Assembly (NCBI GenBank): GCA_028534125.1
Contig: CM052832.1
Coordinates: forward strand, 20,524,001 to 20,588,000
DNA: 64,000 bases
Direction: 5' to 3'
Source of the DNA: Lama glama
Lineage: Eukaryota
Below are positions 55,525-64,000 of the stretch, piece by piece. The notes beneath the pieces were generated by a model. The model had not been told where the DNA came from. It searched no databases and saw nothing but the letters and a program-made list of their open reading frames with translations. Positions within the stretch are counted from its first letter, which is position 1. Every line of letters starts with the position of its first letter. The position numbers were made by a program, and so were the translations under genes.

Positions 55525-56619
55525 AGAGTAGAGTGCCTAGCTTCAATGAGAAGATAATCTAATTAAAGAAATAGGACATTATATATATACATGCAATTAT
55601 AATTAAAAATATTAGTTTCAATAGTTACTAAATGGATAGCATTTGACTCAGAAATTAAGTTTCATTCCAGATCAAAGAAAGTAATGGCCACTGTCTCAAT
55701 GCAAACAATGGCAACCACTCAAACTTTTGAAGGAAGGAACAGAATAATCACAGGAGGAGTTTTAGAGACTCTCTGAGTAACTAAGCCTATGCATATAACA
55801 TAAAAATGTGATATTGACAGTTTGTAAATGTTTGCCATGCCCCTCCTGGGGCTTTAGTGTTGTTCTGAGATGATGCTGGCAAAGAGAGTCTCAACAATAC
55901 TTAGCAGGCAGATATGATCCATGCAGTGATCAGAATTCTCATTTAATCTCTCATTAACCAAGAAATGTCAGACAGTCCACAGAGAAAAAAATATGGTATT
56001 CCTATACCCCGCATGTGTTTATAAATATCTACTGATACTTGAAGATGAGCATTGAAAATAATTCACTAAATGATAGCTGCAGTGAACTGTGAAATAAATT
56101 ATCATCTTTGTTGGTGATAAAGATTATTGTGCTGGGCAAAAAGCACATTTATCATGTAGCCTTGACAATACAGACCTGCTGGAATAAGAGAACTAAAAAA
56201 CAAATGAGTCACAAGCCCAACATATGAAATTAATTTGCTATTTAAATCCATGTGGTAGTTATGACTAAGGCACCTGTCACTGGGGTCAGAAGGTAACTTT
56301 GAGGACATTTGGATTTCCAAACAGTAGCTAAGGGAGCCAGTCTAGCAATGCCAACTTTCAGCTGCTTCCTTGGATCTGAGGAAGAAACTTAAAGTGAAGT
56401 TTTCTTAAGACTTGTGTCCCAAACATGACCACTATGATGATTTGGCCAGCTCATCAAAGTGTTTTAGGTCATGATATAAATTCAGTTATTTTGTGGTCAA
56501 AAATTATCATATTATCTTCAGAAAATATCTTGTAGCCATTTCACATACACCAATACATCCCCTACCAAGACTCTTGACACAAATGCTTTCTTACTCCAAA
56601 GCATCAAGTTTTTGCATCA

Positions 56620-56930
56620 CAAAAGAGATATTCTGACATTTTGCAAAGGGAGAAGGGGATTGTCATCATGAATAACAATTTTCAAATGGTTTAATATTTC
56701 TGACCATTTGTCTTCAATATCTAGTTTTTCCCTAGATGTAATTCTCAAGTCTACTCCATTTTATTGCATCTTTCAACCCCACAGTAAATTTTAGGACAGT
56801 AAATTCATAAGCAATACTTGTGTAATGAATAAGATGGTACACTCTTCAAAGTAAGCGCAATATGCATCTTGTTCACGTTTATTTCAACTAAAATTGACCT
56901 CGAACTGTTCCATAATGTATTTTGGACCAC
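56620..56930 (-). mobile_element. Possible ancient hAT (Blackjack-like) transposase C-terminal fossil
   Basis: Minus strand gives EDKWSEILNHLK and, after a frame change, LCKMSEYLFC, loosely resembling the region before the hAT dimerisation motif. Weak. Confidence 0.3.
56717..56782 (+). repeat. 66-bp dispersed direct duplication, copy 2 (probable donor)
   Basis: Identical to 54752-54817. Confidence 0.95.
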
Positions 56931-57029
56931 TTACTACATGTTGGGTCTTACTTTTAATTAATGTATCACTACAAATATCAGGTAAGTTGCATGTTAGTTG
57001 CCTATTATTACTTCTTTTTAATACTATTT

Positions 57030-57140
57030 CTTTCAGAGAGATACATGAAGAGTAAATGAGTTAATGTTTGAAAAGCATGTATAACTGTGTCAGACAGATA
57101 GAACACGCTCCATAAATGTCAGCTTTCATTACTGCTTGTC
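57030..57140 (+). mobile_element. MIR 3' fragment
   Basis: atgaagagtaaatgagttaatgtttgaaaagcatgtataactgtgtcagacagatagaacacgctccataaatgtcagct. Confidence 0.65.
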
Positions 57141-60100
57141 ATCATTTTTATTAGCACAGAGTACGGGCAGTTTATAGATGGGTGCGCATGTCCACAGATA
57201 GACAGACTCCAAGCAAACAGAGTAAAACATTGACATCTGTTAACACTCAGTGATGGGAGAATGGGAAATTATTCTCTACTTCATATAACTTATTATTTCC
57301 ATAATACACATCTATTATTTCCACAATTATTAAAAAACTCATTTTGAAATGTGAGAATTTTTTTGGAGAAATTTAGTTCTCTTTTCCTTTGAAAATGTAG
57401 ATAGTATTTTGTTTGCCTGAAATGGTATAATACATCTAAGAGACACATTTTAAGAGCCAGGTTCTGAAGCGCCGGGGAAATACCATATACGGAAGTTTCT
57501 TCTTTGCTTTCTACAGCTGTGTCCTTAGGAGATAGATTTACCTTCTGGGTGAACTATTTTAACTTCTTGATTTATTACATCTGCTTTGAAACAGAGGCAG
57601 TCAGGCACACACTCTTCTTGTGATACTTAGTTGCAGAGGCAAAAAGAGACGTGTCTTCAATATAATACACATTTAGTTGACCATATTCAGTTTTGTGTCC
57701 AAACTACTCGGATACTTACAGTAATCACAGAATATGGAGACTCAGGAAGCTGACACTAGAGTGGTGGTTCCGGTTTGACACTGAAAGAATTAGTGTCTGT
57801 GGCATCAGACCAGACAAAGTCAAGAGAAGGGAGGTGTGTGCTGGGTCCATCCAAAAAAGACTCGAGCAGAAATGGAGTTCCTCGTTGGATGGGGACTTCT
57901 GACAATGAAGCTGTTGCCTGCACTCACTAAGACCTGATGGGAGATACATTACACTACAAGGTAGCCCCTTCTGCCTCCCTGTCAGCCCCAAAGAGGCCAT
58001 GGGGTATTTAAAAGCTCATGAGATCTTGGGAATGTTTCCACATGCTCCAGATGAACTTTGATCAGATGCAGGGTAACCTGAAGCCACAGAATTCTGAAAG
58101 AGCACAGGCGTAGCATTTCCCTAGTTCAGAGGAAATCTTCAGAAATCTTAACCTACACATGTATTTTGATATGTAGCTACTCACATGGGTCACTGTGTTT
58201 CACTAATAAACTCCCAGAGGATGACTACCCCAGGAGCATGAATTACACCACCAATAGTAATAATGCGTGTTAGCTCTTTGGGAAACCTGTAATAGCAACG
58301 ACCCTGAGCAACCTCCAGAATCTAATTCTACTCTCGGCAGTTACAGGTCTCCAGAGGATAATTCAGATGATTTAGTAATAATTTGCACAATCATTCTTCT
58401 CTACCTACAGAGGATTTTTATCTGTAAAAGTAATGGAAATGATAAGAAAGTGGCTAAGATTCAGTGTTGTCCACTGCTTTGAAACAGTGGCAGTCAGACA
58501 CATTAATGGGGAAGCCCACCCTAAGGGTACCAGCTAGAGAGACTGAAGATACTTCTATGGGAACAAAAAACCCAGCAGACAATTAAGGTCCATTAAGTAA
58601 GCCTAATTAGTAGTGGGGAGAGCTGTTCCTAGGGACTTTGTTACTAAGCTGTTTGTCCCTGCCCAGGTTCTACTTTGTGGAGTCACTGGAGCCTCAAAAA
58701 TCTTTGATGGGGAGGGGCTGTAATTTTTTAAGGGCTATTTTTAAAATTACCATTATGGAAACGTGTAACACTATGCTGTCGAAAGGGATTCTTGAGACCA
58801 CTGCTTAGAATACAGCCTGCCTTTACACTTGGACAAGTCCAGAGAATTCAACAATCCTTTGGCAAGAAGCAGAGTCAGTGGGTCTCAGAAGCAGGGAGGC
58901 TTCCAACGGCACAGGAGAGGAACTGAGTAGAAAAGGAGGAAAAAAAAGAGTACCGCTGCATAGGAATTGACCAGATCAGTTTCATGATGTACCTGAGACA
59001 CATCCTGGGTAATATTTTTAGATTCTGTAGTTCTTGAAAATGTTGTGTCTATATTGGTAAGGAGTGGGTAGAGCACAAAATCTACCAACTATAGGTTATA
59101 AAAGACTCAAGCTCTATCAGGTGTCTCACAAAACTTAGCTTGCTGCTAGACTTCTCAGAGGTTGACACTGTCCCATTTGATCTACTGCAGGAAAAAAATT
59201 CTTTCTAAACTTTAATTTGTTTGATTTTAAAATGAGAGGAACTTCCACCATTATTATTTATGGTGAAGATTATAACCAAATGTATACGTTATCCGAAACA
59301 AATTGCCTCCACGGAAATCAAACCAAGAGTTACTATCAATCAACAGTTATATCAAGGAAGGCACTAAGAAAGGTCCTAGCTATTTTCTTTGATACAAAAG
59401 ACAGAAAAAAAAATTTTTAATGGACCAAAATCCTCCAAACTTTTATTAAATCAAGATGGTCAATGAATTCATTAATTGAAATTAAGGTACATCTTGAACT
59501 TTCTACAAAATTGGGTCAAAGTCATTTCAGCTTCCTCAGAAGTTATCATGAATAGACAGAGATAAAAGCAAAAACACTTAGTTCAAACAGAGACTTGATG
59601 CCTATCTGTCAAAGTCCTGCTGCTTAAGTCCCTGCGGCTGTTAGGCTCAAGGAGATTATTTTTTCCAATAACAATTAGATTGCCAGACACATTAACCTAC
59701 CCCCATCTTGTGATCTTTTAAGTGCAGGTCTACTCACCTATAATAGTTCTCTAAAAGCTACTCATTTTTAAACTATTCAATCATTTACACTTAAAATTGA
59801 TCAAAATCGACAGAGGTCTAACACAACACCATGGGTGATGGTACCTCCAGCTACTAATGCTTTGTGTGAGTGGCCGGATGGCAGTGCATTGGTCTGGAGA
59901 CAGAAGTGGGATTAGGACATATTGAAAGACCTGGGAAATCTTCTACACTAAACTGCAATTATATAGTCCATTTTGCCTAGGACTCAAGAATAGTTTAATA
60001 AACAGATTTTTTTTTCTCTTTGGTGGGAGATTTTTTCCAGCTCCTAAATTTTTTGCTTAATGTTATTAAGTCCTATGGTTCATTTTCCTGTATTGTTCAG

Positions 60101-63049
60101 GCCCCATCTTTGGTCATGCAGTGTCTCATACGTACAGTTCATTTTACATTTTCTGTAGTGTGACAGTGTATTTTCCAAAAACTAGAGATATCATTCCTTC
60201 AAGGTGACGCAAACTTCATCTGAAAATACTGCTAACTCAACCTCACTGAAAACATCAACTTTAAAAGTCTTTTGGTTCATTATTTGAAATTAAACTCCAA
60301 TTGTCTGAGAAACCCTAACCATCCTTAACTAAATAGCCTGAATCCTCAATCCTGGGCTATAATTCTTTTAGATATCAGAAACAGCTTTACACAGAAACTG
60401 CCAAAAGAAAAAGAAAAAGAAAAAAGACAAACCACTGTGGTTTAGTGATACAAATACCTCCTCTGTTGATTTAATCAACAGAAAACACCATACCAGAGGT
60501 GCATTCTGGCTGTTACAGAAGGAAAAAAAAAAACATATAATTGATCTTATAAGATGATCATTTGTTGAGCTTTATGACATTGGGAAAGCAAACAGGCTTC
60601 ACAGGAAATGTAAGAATAATTAAGAGATAAATCATTTGATTACATTACTGTTACCAGGTTTTTGTTCTTATTGAGTTTGATTCACCCTTTAATGAGGATG
60701 AGGGGCTCAAGTATGGATTGTCCTTCAGGAGAAACAGTTATTCTATGAAGAGACATAGAAGTGGAACCCAATTTCTGTTCTGAGGGTGAAAGGGGAGCTC
60801 TGGGTATTTCCTAAGGAACATAGCTCTGTTTGGGCATCAAGGGTTAAATGAAAAGAAGATGTTGGAGCACACGTATTGTTCTCCAGGTGTCTGTTTATAT
60901 CTGTATGTGCTTTTCTAAGGTTTGAAATTCACAACATGGAAAAAAACTATTCCTATATTTGTGAGTTTAGCACTAATAGCAATAGGCTTTCTTTTAAACC
61001 TCTCAGCTAAGTTACTCTGGGATTATGAACATTATCTTAATAATTCTAAATTACTTTCAGGAACATGTATAGCTGGGATGTCCAAATGCCATCAACTTCA
61101 GTTTTGATCTTAAGCAAAACATTTAAAACTACGTCTCAGTCCTTATTTTCCTAGCTTTACCTACCAAAGTCAACCAGCCTGAACTTGACTGAACTGTTAA
61201 TTCCTAATCCTATCTTTATGATTACCCTTTACATAAAATAATTAGTATAAAATTCACAGTATTCCTACCTCCAGAGTAATTTAGTTCCATTATTGGAATA
61301 TGATAACTGAGTAGTCCCCAAGTGTATTCGGACATGCAATTTGGGATTAAGTGAGATATCTTTCCCTTTTTTAATGTCATATGTCAAAGTAAAATCTAAA
61401 ATATATTCCACTACCCCATCTTAATTCCATTTCATGTTTATCTGTATATTTGAACTTTAGTGTATAGCTGAATAGCTGAGTCGTGAGCATGTGCCAGAAT
61501 AAAGGAATCTTATTTCTTTAGTTTACTACTTAAAATTAACGGCATATTGTCATACTGAACTCTAGAGCAACAAACCACAAAATTTCGCCAGCGTGCATTT
61601 AAACATTATTTCCCAGTTTAGTCCTTTGCTGGACAGACTTCCTGTGCCTGCCTAATTTGAACACATTTAGTCATTTGTCATCAGACTCCAAATTTAACTG
61701 AGTTAACATATTTTATTTAATCTTCCCCCAAGGAAATATATTCAACTCTACTAAAATAGCAGGGCTTTTTTGGGTAAAGAGGTTTCACAATAAATCACAC
61801 ACACACAGCTAACACTTTAATATCCTGCATATATGTAAGGAAAACAACTGCCAAAGTGGTTTAAAGCAGAATGAAACATCATCTTCCTCCCACGCATGTG
61901 TACTCGCATTTCTATTTTCTTGTTAGATCTTTTTGAGGAAAGGCAAAAATATCCCCTTTACTTTAAAACCTCACTTTTCATACTTATTAAAATATTATAT
62001 AAATGTAGTTTGTCTGTCCATGTATGTTGGGAATACAGGTTTCTTATGAAGGGACAGGTATTCAAAATAAGGATTTAGTAGTAACGCAGGAACAGCCTTA
62101 AAAACGAAAAGACTTGACAGAGGAGGAAAAGAAAGCAGTGAATACTGACACAAAGGGGGAAACACAACCAAATTTATTTATTCTACTGAATAACTTGAGT
62201 AGAGTAGAGTATTTAAGTGGCAAAGCTGGGACTAACATTTGCAACAGGTGTTTGACAGTCTCTAATGTTTTTATTTAAGAAGCTCATTAAGTTCTGATAG
62301 GAGAGCAGTCTGGTTTCAGTCAAGGAAGACATACAGACACATATTCCAGTGATATAAATTATGAAGACAGAAGATGGACTATGTAAATAGAAGATGAGTA
62401 TTTTAGAATAAACTATTATAAGAAAAAGACTTCAGCCCCAGAACCACATTGAAGGGGGAAAAGTCTGTAAGTTAACCACTAGTTTTCACTCTTCAGCACA
62501 GAGCATATTTTGGGTTAAAATGGAAGCTGTTTAGTTCCAAAATGAAATGAATGTTTCATTTTTCAATACATCCTATACTGCGACATCAGTTCTTATGTGA
62601 GTTGACTCATACATTGTTTCTGCATGTTCCTGCTCATTGATTATTATCCACTCCTAGCTACTTTCTCTAAACTTTAGACATCAAATTTTCATAAACATTC
62701 AAGCTAAACTGTCAGCCAAATAAAAAATAGTTGAGATCATTATTAATATTTCAAGTAAGAGGCTGCTACATTTGAATTTTATGATGTGACCTCTTTTCCA
62801 CAATCATGTATTATTCAGGTGGTATAATGTCAAGTTTTCATCATACATATTTCGACAAATTTTCTTTCATTCAGATGGTCCTAATAAGGCATCCAGTAAT
62901 CACAAGCTATCCAGCTTATTAGGCACATTAGAGGATGTAAGACATGATTCTGTCCTCACGAGAGTAGGAAAAATAGAAAATACACGCCATAAAATAAACT
63001 TACATTAAGCATGATAAAACTGCTTTCAGTGCAAGAGGTATTGCACTGA

Positions 63050-63880
63050 TTTTTGTGATGGAAAGAGTGTTGACTTTAAGACCCAAAGACCACGGTGAGT
63101 CCTGACTCTATTACTCAGTAATTCTGTAGCTCTGGGTACGTTATTTGACTTTTTCAAAATCCCAGCCCCCTCATCTGCAAAACCAGAATACTAATATCTA
63201 AATTATAGAGCTATAGTTAGGATTGGCGACAATGTATATAATGTGCCTGACACATGGTAGTTGCTGGAAGACAATTCTCCATGATTATCTCATGTTTCAA
63301 GCCCTCTGAGAAAAGGCATTTACAGTCAATGATTATAAAAGGAGATGTTCCATAAAGCAAACCTAGAGATATCCCCTCTTTGGAGACGTCCCAAGGTAAT
63401 AAAGGTAAAGACCTTCCCTACCCTTCCCCAGAGATCTTTACGTTTCAAGGTAATAAACCTAAAGATGCCTTTACCTTCTTCCTCTGGGGACATCTGCTCA
63501 TATTTCAGTGTAATGGTAAGGTGTCTCTCTGTTTCTGGAGTAGAGAATAGTCATGTCACTAGCACCCTACAGAAAATCGGAGTCTCCTAATTTGGGAGTC
63601 CTTTTCCTTTGATGCACAAGTAACATCTGGCACTCATCACATCACCCTGTGGGAACCAAAGCCTTAAGGAATCCACGCAGAAGTCTTGCTCTTGTTGCTG
63701 CTGTGTTGTGTGTAATAAATGGCCTTTGTCTCTGACCCAGATACATATAGTTGGTGGATGTATGAATAGACAGCCAGATAGATAACAGGTTAAATTTTTA
63801 GCTTGCAAGTATCGTAAACTTTCAGACCATTTACTACTTAACAGTAGTTACTCAAAACTTATTCATTATTATTATTAAAC
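63050..63880 (+). mobile_element. MIR SINE split by an LTR insertion
   Basis: gtgatggaaagagtgttgacttt...cctcatctgcaaaaccagaatactaat...tgcctgacacatggtagt, resuming after the LTR as tactcaaaacttattcattattatt. Confidence 0.75.
63262..63843 (+). mobile_element. Solo LTR, LTR40-like (ERVL class)
   Basis: TG...CA ends with a perfect 5-bp TSD gtagt (63257-63261 and 63844-63848). Starts tgctggaagacaattctccatg. Contains aataaatggcctttgtctctgacccag and ttagcttgcaagta, as in the recalled LTR40 consensus. Confidence 0.85.
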
Positions 63881-64000
63881 TCCTGTATTCATAATTTAAG
63901 AGGCACTATTATTATCAAAGAGTATGTCAAAGATGAGGTAGCATTTGAGCTGAATCTTTAAGGATGGGGAGAATGAGACCATTTACAAATGGTGTGAGAA

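Noticed and set aside
60462..60482. Palindrome tctgttgatt-t-aatcaacaga (also a 9-bp stem at 53944-53963)
   Set aside because: Short stems like these can arise by chance in 64 kb of AT-rich DNA, and there is no supporting context.

Overview
Mammalian genomic DNA that is AT-rich, repeat-rich and almost gene-free. It is probably camelid, inferred from a Vic-1-like tRNA-derived SINE and cetartiodactyl-type L1 3' ends. The only protein-gene homology is an intronless HDGFL1 (HDGF-derived PWWP retrogene) on the minus strand at about 27.4-29.2 kb. It is disabled by a codon-2 nonsense change, about three frameshifts, further stops and an internal deletion, yet it keeps a CpG-rich 5' region, the HDGF-like 3' UTR and a poly(A) signal. 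The rest is interspersed repeats (L1, L2, MIR, hAT and Tigger MITEs, a solo LTR40-like LTR, a probable RTE-type RT fossil), microsatellites and candidate conserved non-coding elements. The three most notable observations are: (1) a 362-bp TSD-flanked element made only of an L1 5' end joined to an L1 3' end at what look like splice sites (a spliced, non-autonomous mini-L1); (2) a perfect 66-bp copy of DNA lying 1965 bp away, placed at the 5' junction of a truncated L1 with microhomology; (3) apparent lineage-specific loss of HDGFL1. Repeat family names and protein comparisons come from recalled consensus sequences, not from searches. Boundaries without TSDs are approximate.
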